Shown here piece after piece: positions 1 through 12,933 of a DNA stretch of 64,000 nucleotides. Numbering within the stretch: position 1 is the first letter of the stretch; every line of letters starts with the position of its first letter. The stretch is from positions 19,284,001-19,348,000 of the forward strand of contig OZ249436.1 in assembly GCA_965235115.1 (NCBI GenBank), in the 5' to 3' direction. The notes below the pieces were generated by a model. The model searched no databases, was not told the origin of the DNA, and saw only the letters and a list, made by a program, of their open reading frames with translations. Source of the DNA: Laetmonice hystrix (lineage: Eukaryota). The translations under genes and the position numbers were made by a program.

Positions 1-1014
1 AATCCTGTGATTGGGACATTTTTTGCAGTTGAGACATTTTTCGTTGCCACCGGTAATCTAAAAAGTCATGTAAGATATGCCAAAGTTTAGTATCACACGT
101 CTGTGAGGTAGTGGAGCGACGGAACACTCCCAACAGTGTGGTCTGTTACACGCTAGAAGAAGTAAGGGATACTGCAGGTTGGCGATGAAGGGGGTGTCTT
201 AGGGCCCCCAGAATGAGGGGGGACGAACAATTTTTAGCAGACGCACATAAATGATATAGGAAAGCAGAGAGTTTCCCCTCATGGACTGTGCCATGTATCT
301 AGTGATCCTGAGATGTGGAATTGTACACACAGAGGGATGGCGTTAGGCAAGACTTGGACGAACTCCAAGGTCACACTATCCAAGGGCACACGTCCTGTAG
401 GTTAGAGACCTCTAGTAATAAGCGAGCAAAGTTTTCGGGACACAGCGCAGCAATCTGAACTTCCGAGACCATTTCCGGTTCAGAAATATCAGGCACTATG
501 ATACAAACGTAAAACGTCGAATTGAGGAGGCTCGACCACATCACCACTCATGTTCTACTGCCCTGCTGCGTAGTTCCAACGCATATAAATCAAACAGATT
601 GCGGAAACTTATAAATCTGACACAAATTTCGTGCATTTTGGTGTGTTGTATTGGAGCGGGATTTTAACACAAATTTCAATCTCAAAAAAGTTGAAATCCG
701 CGAATCCCCGGAAGATGTTCATCGTTGCCCTCAGCAATTTTTCCATACTATGCCTTGTCATAGATCGAACCTGCCTGAGCTGCAGGCCCGGGCTGAGCAT
801 ATACATGCGAAGTTTACAGACTATTGTAGTTTATAGCAACAAACTACAGTCACGGAGTTTGGCGCTGTCCAAAAACAAAACAGATGCTGGTGTTATGACT
901 CCGCCATTTTAACTAAATCGGCGGCCACATGACTCCATCGAATCATGTGACTGGAGGTAGTTCAACATGGCAGCGCCCGTCATATATTCGAGGTGTTTTG
1001 CGTACGGAAAGCCC

Positions 1015-1674
1015 GAGACCATACTTCTATTACACGGTGGTCCTCAGACCATACTTCAATTACACGGTGGTCCTCAGACCATACTTCAATTACACGGTGG
1101 TCCTCAGACCATACTTCAATTACACGGTGGTCCTCAGACCATACTTCTATTACACGGTGGCACTCAGACCCGACTTCTATTACACGGTGGCACTCAGACC
1201 CGACTTCTATTAGACGGTGGTCCTCAGACTATACTTCTATTACACGGTGGCACTCAGACCCGACTTCTATTACACGGTGGCACTCAGACTCGACTTCTAT
1301 TACACGGTGGTCCTCAGACCATACTTCTATTACACGGTGGTCCTCATACCCAACTTCTATTACACGGTGGTCCTCAGACTCGGCTTCTATTACACGGTGG
1401 TCCTCAGACCATACTTCTATTACACGGTCGTCTTCATACCCAACTTATATTACACGGTGGACCTCAGACCATACTTCTATTACACGGTGGCATTCAGACT
1501 ATACTTCTATTACATGGTGGTCCTCAGACCATACTTCTATCACACGGTGGCAACGAGACCTGACTTCTATTACACGGTGGTCCTCATACCCAACTTCTAT
1601 TACACGGTGGTCCTCAGACCATACTTCTATTACACGGTGGCATTCAGACTATACTTCTATTACATGGTGGTCCT
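1015..1674. repeat. 30-bp minisatellite inside macrosatellite copy 1 (~22 units)
   Basis: Consensus TACACGGTGGTCCTCAGACCATACTTCTAT with ordered variants. Confidence 0.97.
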
Positions 1675-1679
1675 GGGTG

Positions 1680-1837
1680 TGTAACACTGTGTCTAAGTTA
1701 TGTCACACGTTATATAACCCTAGGGGGCGGAGTATATGGGATTATTCATGAGATCTTCTTCATCATGAATACTGAATAAATAAAGTACAAGCGATCTCAC
1801 CCTCAAGGCGGCCAACAACTGCCGGTAGGGCGTTACA
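1680..1837 (+). mobile_element. Solo-LTR-like segment (also at 3915-4072, 6090-6247, 8325-8482)
   Basis: Starts TGTAAC and ends GTTACA (TG..CA inverted termini), with internal TATA-like and AATAAA motifs. No TSD or PBS is visible. Confidence 0.35.
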
Positions 1838-2057
1838 CAACCAATTAGTCACCCACTCAAACATGGCCGACGAAAGCGACCTTGCTGCCATAAGACTAAA
1901 AAAACGTTTCCACATTTTATCACTGCTTCTGTTTTTGACAGCCAAAATTAGCCCGTTTGAACCAGGAGTGGCGTGTTTTCATTTTAGGATCCATTTCTCT
2001 CCAGTTTCCACCTTGGATGGGCAAACAGTGGAATTGCTGACATCCTTCGAGCCAGCT

Positions 2058-2287
2058 CTGTGGCAACGAAAAATGTCTCAACTGCGAAAAATATCCCAAC
2101 CAGAGATTTTGAGACATTTTTCGTATGTATGAAAAATGTCTCAAAATCTCTGGTTGGGACATTTTTCGTATACTGCCTGCGAAAAATGTCCCAATTTCCT
2201 TAGCGAGACATTTTTCGTCTGGCAGTTGCAACGAAAATCCTGTGATTGGGACATTTTTTGCAGTTGAGACATTTTTCGTTGCCACCG
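2058..2287. mobile_element. Palindromic MITE with ~40-bp TIRs, probably Tc1/mariner-type (one per macrosatellite unit)
   Basis: GTGGCAACGAAAAATGTCTCAACTGCGAAAAATATCCCAA ... TTGGGACATTTTTTGCAGTTGAGACATTTTTCGTTGCCAC. There is an internal perfect 29-bp inverted repeat at 2094-2122/2131-2159. The terminal copy ends CCG|TA, and a related fragment at ~53030 begins TA|CGGTG. Confidence 0.8.
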
Positions 2288-3249
2288 GTAATCTAAAAAG
2301 TCATGTAAGATATGCCAAAGTTTAGTATCACACGTCTGTGAGGTAGTGGAGCGACGGAACACTCCCAACAGTGTGGTCTGTTACACGCTAGAAGAAGTAA
2401 GGGATACTGCAGGTTGGCGATGAAGGGGGTGTCTTAGGGCCCCCAGAATGAGGGGGGACGAACAATTTTTAGCAGACGCACATAAATGATATAGGAAAGC
2501 AGAGAGTTTCCCCTCATGGACTGTGCCATGTATCTAGTGATCCTGAGATGTGGAATTGTACACACAGAGGGATGGCGTTAGGCAAGACTTGGACGAACTC
2601 CAAGGTCACACTATCCAAGGGCACACGTCCTGTAGGTTAGAGACCTCTAGTAATAAGCGAGCAAAGTTTTCGGGACACAGCGCAGCAATCTGAACTTCCG
2701 AGACCATTTCCGGTTCAGAAATATCAGGCACTATGATACAAACGTAAAACGTCGAATTGAGGAGGCTCGACCACATCACCACTCATGTTCTACTGCCCTG
2801 CTGCGTAGTTCCAACGCATATAAATCAAACAGATTGCGGAAACTTATAAATCTGACACAAATTTCGTGCATTTTGGTGTGTTGTATTGGAGCGGGATTTT
2901 AACACAAATTTCAATCTCAAAAAAGTTGAAATCCGCGAATCCCCGGAAGATGTTCATCGTTGCCCTCAGCAATTTTTCCATACTATGCCTTGTCATAGAT
3001 CGAACCTGCCTGAGCTGCAGGCCCGGGCTGAGCATATACATGCGAAGTTTACAGACTATTGTAGTTTATAGCAACAAACTACAGTCACGGAGTTTGGCGC
3101 TGTCCAAAAACAAAACAGATGCTGGTGTTATGACTCCGCCATTTTAACTAAATCGGCGGCCACATGACTCCATCGAATCATGTGACTGGAGGTAGTTCAA
3201 CATGGCAGCGCCCGTCATATATTCGAGGTGTTTTGCGTACGGAAAGCCC

Positions 3250-3909
3250 GAGACCATACTTCTATTACACGGTGGTCCTCAGACCATACTTCAATTACAC
3301 GGTGGTCCTCAGACCATACTTATATTACACGGTGGTCCTCAGACCATACTTCAATTACACGGTGGTCCTCAGACCATACTTCTATTACACGGTGGCACTC
3401 AGACCCGACTTCTATTACACGGTGGCACTCAGACCCGACTTCTATTAGACGGTGGTCCTCAGACTATACTTCTATTACACGGTGGCACTCAGACCCGACT
3501 TCTATTACACGGTGGCACTCAGACTCGACTTCTATTACACGGTGGTCCTCAGACCATACTTCTATTACACGGTGGTCCTCATACCCAACTTCTATTACAC
3601 GGTGGTCCTCAGACTCGGCTTCTATTACACGGTGGTCCTCAGACCATACTTCTATTACACGGTCGTCTTCATACCCAACTTATATTACACGGTGGACCTC
3701 AGACCATACTTCTATTACACGGTGGCATTCAGACTATACTTCTATTACATGGTGGTCCTCAGACCATACTTCTATCACACGGTGGCAACGAGACCTGACT
3801 TCTATTACACGGTGGTCCTCATACCCAACTTCTATTACACGGTGGTCCTCAGACCATACTTCTATTACACGGTGGCATTCAGACTATACTTCTATTACAT
3901 GGTGGTCCT
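3250..3909. repeat. 30-bp minisatellite, copy 2 (~22 units)
   Basis: Same unit and variant order as 1015-1674; one TTATAT variant near 3320. Confidence 0.97.
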
Positions 3910-5484
3910 GGGTGTGTAACACTGTGTCTAAGTTATGTCACACGTTATATAACCCTAGGGGGCGGAGTATATGGGATTATTCATGAGATCTTCTTCATCA
4001 TGAATACTGAATAAATAAAGTACAAGCGATCTCACCCTCAAGGCGGCCAACAACTGCCGGTAGGGCGTTACACAACCAATTAGTCACCCACTCAAACATG
4101 GCCGACGAAAGCGACCTTGCTGCCATAAGACTAAAAAAACGTTTCCACATTTTATCACTGCTTCTGTTTTTGACAGCCAAAATTAGCCCGTTTGAACCAG
4201 GAGTGGCGTGTTTTCATTTTAGGATCCATTTCTCTCCAGTTTCCACCTTGGATGGGCAAACAGTGGAATTGCTGACATCCTTCGAGCCAGCTCTGTGGCA
4301 ACGAAAAATGTCTCAACTGCGAAAAATATCCCAACCAGAGATTTTGAGACATTTTTCGTATGTATGAAAAATGTCTCAAAATCTCTGGTTGGGACATTTT
4401 TCGTATACTGCCTGCGAAAAATGTCCCAATTTCCTTAGCGAGACATTTTTCGTCTGGCAGTTGCAACGAAAATCCTGTGATTGGGACATTTTTTGCAGTT
4501 GAGACATTTTTCGTTGCCACCGGTAATCTAAAAAGTCATGTAAGATATGCCAAAGTTTAGTATCACACGTCTGTGAGGTAGTGGAGCGACGGAACACTCC
4601 CAACAGTGTGGTCTGTTACACGCTAGAAGAAGTAAGGGATACTGCAGGTTGGCGATGAAGGGGGTGTCTTAGGGCCCCCAGAATGAGGGGGGACGAACAA
4701 TTTTTAGCAGACGCACATAAATGATATAGGAAAGCAGAGAGTTTCCCCTCATGGACTGTGCCATGTATCTAGTGATCCTGAGATGTGGAATTGTACACAC
4801 AGAGGGATGGCGTTAGGCAAGACTTGGACGAACTCCAAGGTCACACTATCCAAGGGCACACGTCCTGTAGGTTAGAGACCTCTAGTAATAAGCGAGCAAA
4901 GTTTTCGGGACACAGCGCAGCAATCTGAACTTCCGAGACCATTTCCGGTTCAGAAATATCAGGCACTATGATACAAACGTAAAACGTCGAATTGAGGAGG
5001 CTCGACCACATCACCACTCATGTTCTACTGCCCTGCTGCGTAGTTCCAACGCATATAAATCAAACAGATTGCGGAAACTTATAAATCTGACACAAATTTC
5101 GTGCATTTTGGTGTGTTGTATTGGAGCGGGATTTTAACACAAATTTCAATCTCAAAAAAGTTGAAATCCGCGAATCCCCGGAAGATGTTCATCGTTGCCC
5201 TCAGCAATTTTTCCATACTATGCCTTGTCATAGATCGAACCTGCCTGAGCTGCAGGCCCGGGCTGAGCATATACATGCGAAGTTTACAGACTATTGTAGT
5301 TTATAGCAACAAACTACAGTCACGGAGTTTGGCGCTGTCCAAAAACAAAACAGATGCTGGTGTTATGACTCCGCCATTTTAACTAAATCGGCGGCCACAT
5401 GACTCCATCGAATCATGTGACTGGAGGTAGTTCAACATGGCAGCGCCCGTCATATATTCGAGGTGTTTTGCGTACGGAAAGCCC

Positions 5485-6084
5485 GAGACCATACTTCTAT
5501 TACACGGTGGTCCTCAGACCATACTTCAATTACACGGTGGTCCTCAGACCATACTTCTATTACACGGTGGCACTCAGACCCGACTTCTATTACACGGTGG
5601 CACTCAGACCCGACTTCTATTAGACGGTGGTCCTCAGACTATACTTCTATTACACGGTGGCACTCAGACCCGACTTCTATTACACGGTGGCACTCAGACT
5701 CGACTTCTATTACACGGTGGTCCTCAGACCATACTTCTATTACACGGTGGTCCTCATACCCAACTTCTATTACACGGTGGTCCTCAGACTCGGCTTCTAT
5801 TACACGGTGGTCCTCAGACCATACTTCTATTACACGGTCGTCTTCATACCCAACTTATATTACACGGTGGACCTCAGACCATACTTCTATTACACGGTGG
5901 CATTCAGACTATACTTCTATTACATGGTGGTCCTCAGACCATACTTCTATCACACGGTGGCAACCAGACCTGACTTCTATTACACGGTGGTCCTCATACC
6001 CAACTTCTATTACACGGTGGTCCTCAGACCATACTTCTATTACACGGTGGCATTCAGACTATACTTCTATTACATGGTGGTCCT
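5485..6084. repeat. 30-bp minisatellite, copy 3 (~20 units)
   Basis: Same array lacking two units (60 bp). Confidence 0.97.
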
Positions 6085-7659
6085 GGGTGTGTAACACTGT
6101 GTCTAAGTTATGTCACACGTTATATAACCCTAGGGGGCGGAGTATATGGGATTATTCATGAGATCTTCTTCATCATGAATACTGAATAAATAAAGTACAA
6201 GCGATCTCACCCTCAAGGCGGCCAACAACTGCCGGTAGGGCGTTACACAACCAATTAGTCACCCACTCAAACATGGCCGACGAAAGCGACCTTGCTGCCA
6301 TAAGACTAAAAAAACGTTTCCACATTTTATCACTGCTTCTGTTTTTGACAGCCAAAATTAGCCCGTTTGAACCAGGAGTGGCGTGTTTTCATTTTAGGAT
6401 CCATTTCTCTCCAGTTTCCACCTTGGATGGGCAAACAGTGGAATTGCTGACATCCTTCGAGCCAGCTCTGTGGCAACGAAAAATGTCTCAACTGCGAAAA
6501 ATATCCCAACCAGAGATTTTGAGACATTTTTCGTATGTATGAAAAATGTCTCAAAATCTCTGGTTGGGACATTTTTCGTATACTGCCTGCGAAAAATGTC
6601 CCAATTTCCTTAGCGAGACATTTTTCGTCTGGCAGTTGCAACGAAAATCCTGTGATTGGGACATTTTTTGCAGTTGAGACATTTTTCGTTGCCACCGGTA
6701 ATCTAAAAAGTCATGTAAGATATGCCAAAGTTTAGTATCACACGTCTGTGAGGTAGTGGAGCGACGGAACACTCCCAACAGTGTGGTCTGTTACACGCTA
6801 GAAGAAGTAAGGGATACTGCAGGTTGGCGATGAAGGGGGTGTCTTAGGGCCCCCAGAATGAGGGGGGACGAACAATTTTTAGCAGACGCACATAAATGAT
6901 ATAGGAAAGCAGAGAGTTTCCCCTCATGGACTGTGCCATGTATCTAGTGATCCTGAGATGTGGAATTGTACACACAGAGGGATGGCGTTAGGCAAGACTT
7001 GGACGAACTCCAAGGTCACACTATCCAAGGGCACACGTCCTGTAGGTTAGAGACCTCTAGTAATAAGCGAGCAAAGTTTTCGGGACACAGCGCAGCAATC
7101 TGAACTTCCGAGACCATTTCCGGTTCAGAAATATCAGGCACTATGATACAAACGTAAAACGTCGAATTGAGGAGGCTCGACCACATCACCACTCATGTTC
7201 TACTGCCCTGCTGCGTAGTTCCAACGCATATAAATCAAACAGATTGCGGAAACTTATAAATCTGACACAAATTTCGTGCATTTTGGTGTGTTGTATTGGA
7301 GCGGGATTTTAACACAAATTTCAATCTCAAAAAAGTTGAAATCCGCGAATCCCCGGAAGATGTTCATCGTTGCCCTCAGCAATTTTTCCATACTATGCCT
7401 TGTCATAGATCGAACCTGCCTGAGCTGCAGGCCCGGGCTGAGCATATACATGCGAAGTTTACAGACTATTGTAGTTTATAGCAACAAACTACAGTCACGG
7501 AGTTTGGCGCTGTCCAAAAACAAAACAGATGCTGGTGTTATGACTCCGCCATTTTAACTAAATCGGCGGCCACATGACTCCATCGAATCATGTGACTGGA
7601 GGTAGTTCAACATGGCAGCGCCCGTCATATATTCGAGGTGTTTTGCGTACGGAAAGCCC

Positions 7660-8319
7660 GAGACCATACTTCTATTACACGGTGGTCCTCAGACCATACT
7701 TCAATTACACGGTGGTCCTCAGACCATACTTATATTACACGGTGGTCCTCAGACCATACTTCAATTACACGGTGGTCCTCAGACCATACTTCTATTACAC
7801 GGTGGCACTCAGACCCGACTTCTATTACACGGTGGCACTCAGACCCGACTTCTATTAGACGGTGGTCCTCAGACTATACTTCTATTACACGGTGGCACTC
7901 AGACCCGACTTCTATTACACGGTGGCACTCAGACTCGACTTCTATTACACGGTGGTCCTCAGACCATACTTCTATTACACGGTGGTCCTCATACCCAACT
8001 TCTATTACACGGTGGTCCTCAGACTCGGCTTCTATTACACGGTGGTCCTCAGACCATACTTCTATTACACGGTCGTCTTCATACCCAACTTATATTACAC
8101 GGTGGACCTCAGACCATACTTCTATTACACGGTGGCATTCAGACTATACTTCTATTACATGGTGGTCCTCAGACCATACTTCTATCACACGGTGGCAACC
8201 AGACCTGACTTCTATTACACGGTGGTCCTCATACCCAACTTCTATTACACGGTGGTCCTCAGACCATACTTCTATTACACGGTGGCATTCAGACTATACT
8301 TCTATTACATGGTGGTCCT
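7660..8319. repeat. 30-bp minisatellite, copy 4 (~22 units)
   Basis: Same unit and variant order. Confidence 0.97.
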
Positions 8320-10314
8320 GGGTGTGTAACACTGTGTCTAAGTTATGTCACACGTTATATAACCCTAGGGGGCGGAGTATATGGGATTATTCATGAGATC
8401 TTCTTCATCATGAATACTGAATAAATAAAGTACAAGCGATCTCACCCTCAAGGCGGCCAACAACTGCCGGTAGGGCGTTACACAACCAATTAGTCACCCA
8501 CTCAAACATGGCCGACGAAAGCGACCTTGCTGCCATAAGACTAAAAAAACGTTTCCACATTTTATCACTGCTTCTGTTTTTGACAGCCAAAATTAGCCCG
8601 TTTGAACCAGGAGTGGCGTGTTTTCATTTTAGGATCCATTTCTCTCCAGTTTCCACCTTGGATGGGCAAACAGTGGAATTGCTGACATCCTTCGAGCCAG
8701 CTCTGTGGCAACGAAAAATGTCTCAACTGCGAAAAATATCCCAACCAGAGATTTTGAGACATTTTTCGTATGTATGATACGAAAAATGTCTCAAAATCTC
8801 TCGTTGGGACATTTTTGGTATACTGCCTGCGAAAAATGTCCCAATTTCCTTAGCGAGACATTTTTCGTCCGGCAGTATACCAGTAATCCTGTGATTGGGA
8901 CATTTTTCGCAGTTGAGACATTTTTCGTTGCCACCGTATCTAAAAAGTTATGTAAGATATGCCAAAGTTTAGTATCACACGTCTGTGAGGTAGTGGAGCG
9001 ATGGAACACTCTCAACAGTGTGGTCTGTTACACGCTAGAAGAAGTAAGGGATACTGCAGGTTGGCGATCAAGGAGGTGTCTTAGGGCCCCCAGAATAAGG
9101 GGGTACGAACAATTTTTAACAGACGCACATAAATGATGTAGGAAAGCAGAGAGTTTCCCCTCATGGACTGTGCCATGTATCTAGTGATCCTGAGATGTGG
9201 AATTGTACACACAGAGGGATGGCGTTAGGCAAGACTTGGACGAACTCCAAGGTCACACTATCCAAGGGCACACGTCCTGTAGGTTAGAGACCTCTAGTAA
9301 TAAGTGAGCAAAGTTTTCGGGACACAGCGCAGCAATCTGAACTTCTGAGACCATTTCCGGTTCAGAAATATCAGGCACTATGATACAAACGTAAAACGTC
9401 GAATTGAGCAGGCTCGACCACATTACCACTCATGTTCTACTGCCCTGCTGCGTAGTTCCAACGCATATAAACAGATTACGGAAACTTATAAATCTGACAT
9501 AAATTCCGTGCATTTTGGTGTGTTGTATTGGAGCGGGATTTTAACACAAATTTCAATCTCAAAAAAGTTGAAATCCGCGAATCCCCGGAAGATGTTCATC
9601 GTTGCCCTCAGCAATTTTTTCATACTATGCCTTGTCATAGATCGAACCTGCCTGAGCTGCAGGTCCGGGCATGCGAAGTTTACAGACTATTGTAGTTTAT
9701 AGCAACAAAATACAGTCACGGAGTTTGGCGCTGTCCAAAAACAAAACAGATGTTGGTGTTATGACTCCGCCATTTTAACTAAATCGGCGGCCACATGACT
9801 CCATCGAATCATGTGACTGGAGGTAGTTCAACATGGCAGCGCCCGTCATATATTCGAGGTGTTTTGCGTACGGAAAGCCCAAGATGTTGCGATTGACAGC
9901 GCAGTGACAAACCCGTGACAAACCCGTGACAAAATCTCGCCAGACATGGATGTCGCCAATGGAACCGTTCTTAACGCCGGAGGGCGCCCTCTGGCGCACA
10001 ATCAAAGCCCCTCGCTCACGTGATGTTGGTTTTGATTTAGGGGTTTAGCTGTGACCTTCAAATGGTTCATCTTGGTATCATTCCAACCGTTTAGCCATAT
10101 CTTTGAAAGTGTCTACAGGCATTGGCAAATGTTGCGATTGCCAACTTCCTTTTAGCAACATACTTGGTGTTCTATACGATAATGTTGATGACAAGACATT
10201 GCTACAACTACACTTGCCCTTCTCTAAAGCCTACCTCATAACCTGGGGTCAAACTCCCCTTCAACAAAGTGCGGTTCTGGAAGCAGTTCTGGTTCCTTCA
10301 ACTATTTCGTTTAA

Positions 10315-11450
10315 ACCAGCTGTGTGCTGGTCTCCCCTCCCCCTACAGTACGTTCACCAGATGTGTGCTGGTCTCCCCTCCCCCTGTACGTTCACCAGCT
10401 GTGTGCTGGTCTCCCCTCCCCTGTACGTTCACCAGCTGCGTGCTGGTCTCCCCTCCCCCCGTACGTTCACCAGCTGGGTGCTTGTCTCCCCTCCCCCCGT
10501 ACGTTCACCAGCTGTGTGCTGGTCTCCCCTCCCCCTGTACGTTCACCAGCTGTGTGCTGGTCTCCCCTCCCCCTGTACGTTCACCAGCTGGGTGCTGGTC
10601 TCCCCTCCCCCCGCACGTTCACCAGCTGGGTGCTGGTCTCCCCTCCCCTGTACGTTCACCAGCTGTGTGCTGGTCTCCCCTCCCCCTGTACGTTCACCAG
10701 CTGGGTGCTGGTCTCCCCTCCCCCCGTACGTTCACCAGCTGGGTGCTAGTCTCCCCTCCCCCCGTACGTTCACCAGCTGCGTGCTGGTCTCCCCTCCCCC
10801 TGTACGTTCACCAGCTGTGTGCTGGTCTCCCCTCCCCCTGTACGTTCACCAGCTGTGTGCTGGTCTCCCCCCTGTACGTTCACCAGCTGGGTGCTGGTCT
10901 CCCCTCCCCCGTACGTTCACCAGCTGCGTGCTCGTCTCCCCTCCCCCTGTACGTTCACCAGCTGGGTGCTGGTCTTCCCTCCCCCGTACGTTCACCAGCT
11001 GCGTGCTGGTCTCCCCTCCCCCTGTACGTTCACCAGCTGGGTGCTGGTCTTCCCTCCCCCGTACGTTCACCAGCTGGGTGCTGGTCTCCCATCCCCCTGT
11101 CCGTTCACCAGCTGGGTGCTGGTCTCCCCTCCCCTGTACGTTCACCAGCTGCGTGCTCGTCTCCCCTCCCCCCGTACGTTCACCAGCTGCGTGCTGGTCT
11201 CCCCTCCCCCTGTACGTTCACCAGCTGCGTGCTGGTCTCCCCTCCCCCTGTACGTTCACCAGCTGCGTGCTGGTCTCCCCTCCCCCTGTACGTTCACCAG
11301 CTGGGTGCTGGTCTTCCCTCCCCCGTACGTTCACCAGCTGGGTGCTGGTCTCCCATCCCCCTGTACGTTCACCAGCTGGGTGCTGGTCTCCCCTCCCCCT
11401 GTACGTTCACCAGCTGCGTGCTGGTCTCCCCTCCCCCTGTACGTTTACCA
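10315..11450. repeat. 37-38-bp minisatellite (~30 copies)
   Basis: Unit CCAGCTG(T/G/C)GTGCTGGTCTCCCCTCCCCCTGTACGTTCA; this explains the 465-aa and 398-aa repetitive ORFs. Confidence 0.97.
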
Positions 11451-12933
11451 AGAATCGTACAGTAACACTTACTATGATTGCTCAGAATTACAAGTGGTAA
11501 TTTCGCGTCGCCCACTTTAAATCCCTTTCAGATATAAATAGCCTTCGATCCATTTTATATTTGATAGTAAAATTTAATAAGTAATAACATAGGTAAAAGA
11601 TGAAATGGCCAAGTCTAGCCTGACCTCAGTGGAGGCCCATCCATAAGTGACAACTCCGTTTTTAGCTAACACTCAACATCGGCATGCACTTAATGGAATG
11701 TGTTATCCATTTGGCGTCGTCCCATCGGGCCACGCTGTGGCCCGGGAACATGGCGCCGACATGCAGGTAGTCACGTGACGGGTCGGATAACCTGACCAAG
11801 GGACAGCGAGAGAGGAGCACACTGACTGGCCCCTGTCTGACCCGCCGAGATCCGGGATTACCTGCCAAATCACATCAGTTTCTGATGAGCCTAACATTGT
11901 TACACCCTTCCCGTTGTTGCCTTAAAGAACCTCTAACACGGGTGTATGAAACAACATACACCAGGCGAGGCATGCACTGAACACAAACAAAATTTCAGCG
12001 TCTAACACACAACATCTATTTAAGGTCATGGCGACAAAACAAAACAAGGCAGAACTTGGCGCCTGCTGTTTTCAGACATTCAATGATTATTAACACCCTT
12101 GAGGTATTGAAGAACATTTCGTCTATCACTCCCTCTGAAATCTAACCTAGAGTGATGGGATGTTGGTTGGATGATAGGGGCGGTCGATTAGAAATATGTA
12201 ACTACGGTGCAAAGCATAATAATGATTTACCATAATATGGTATTATCCCTCTGGTAGAAGGAAATAAAGGTTTCAGCTGATTATTCAGAAAGTTGTAAGC
12301 TAAAAGGATGCAGTTCTCAATCTCAGCATCGAAGATCCCCTAAATAGACCTAAGTCAGTAAAGCAGATAGCCGTTTTAAAGCGGCACAAGTCTGAACGGT
12401 TCCAGACCTTCAGGGCTCTGTAGAACCCAGCCTGTCGTCCCGGCATGCACCACGAGAAGCCATTACCGGGCAGGATTCTCTGATACCCGGATGAGGCGGG
12501 ATGAGGACCCAGCCCATCTACCTGCCGATCGAGGGTAGGTCATTGACGGAGCTCCGCCTGGCGGTGATACGTGGCGATAGAATCCTCCAACACCCCGTCA
12601 CCCTTAGGAAGCGACCAGCGTCCCCGCCATCTATAATGTAGGACGGCGGTCGTCTTACGGGATCAAGCGGTCGCCGCCAAGGTCACCCGGCATTGGAGGA
12701 CGTGTCGGGATCCCTCTTCCTATATTGAATTTTTCACCAAGGCGACGATGCATTAATCCGTTATATGAGCTTATCGGCCACGTTCTCCTCACCTAGAATT
12801 GGGTTAATACTTGTAGTTTATGCGTTATCCACCAGGGCGTCGCGGGCTGACTGATGATTCGTCAGCCAAACCCTTGCTGGGACGTCTATGGTTTCACAGG
12901 CTCATAGACAAACTGATACCATTGTGGGGTAGA

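Larger units (their letters stand above)
1..9880. repeat. Macrosatellite / tandem segmental array, ~2235-bp unit (4 near-identical copies plus a diverged partial terminal copy; continues left of the window)
   Basis: The sequence at 1 recurs at 2236, 4471, 6646 and, diverged, at ~8885. Periods are 2235, 2235, 2175 (60-bp deletion in the internal minisatellite) and ~2239. The ORF track repeats at these offsets. Homology stops after ...GGAAAGCCC at 9880. Confidence 0.97.

Noticed and set aside
1015..1674. CRISPR-like array (constant part plus variable part, hairpin repeat)
   Set aside because: The variable parts are point variants of one 12-bp sequence, not unique spacers. There are no cas genes and the context is eukaryotic.
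1..2235. 5S rRNA, snRNA, SL RNA or histone gene as the basis of the tandem unit
   Set aside because: I recognised no match to these conserved sequences on either strand by eye; an Rfam scan would be definitive.
10103..11520. 465/398/233-aa ORFs
   Set aside because: They are translations of a 37-38-bp repeat open in several frames, cycling through the same three peptides; no domain is recognisable.
12300..12720. Possible LINE/DIRS protein remnant on the minus strand (FYRALKVWN...FKTAI)
   Set aside because: The similarity is too short and interrupted by stops, so it cannot be supported without blastx.
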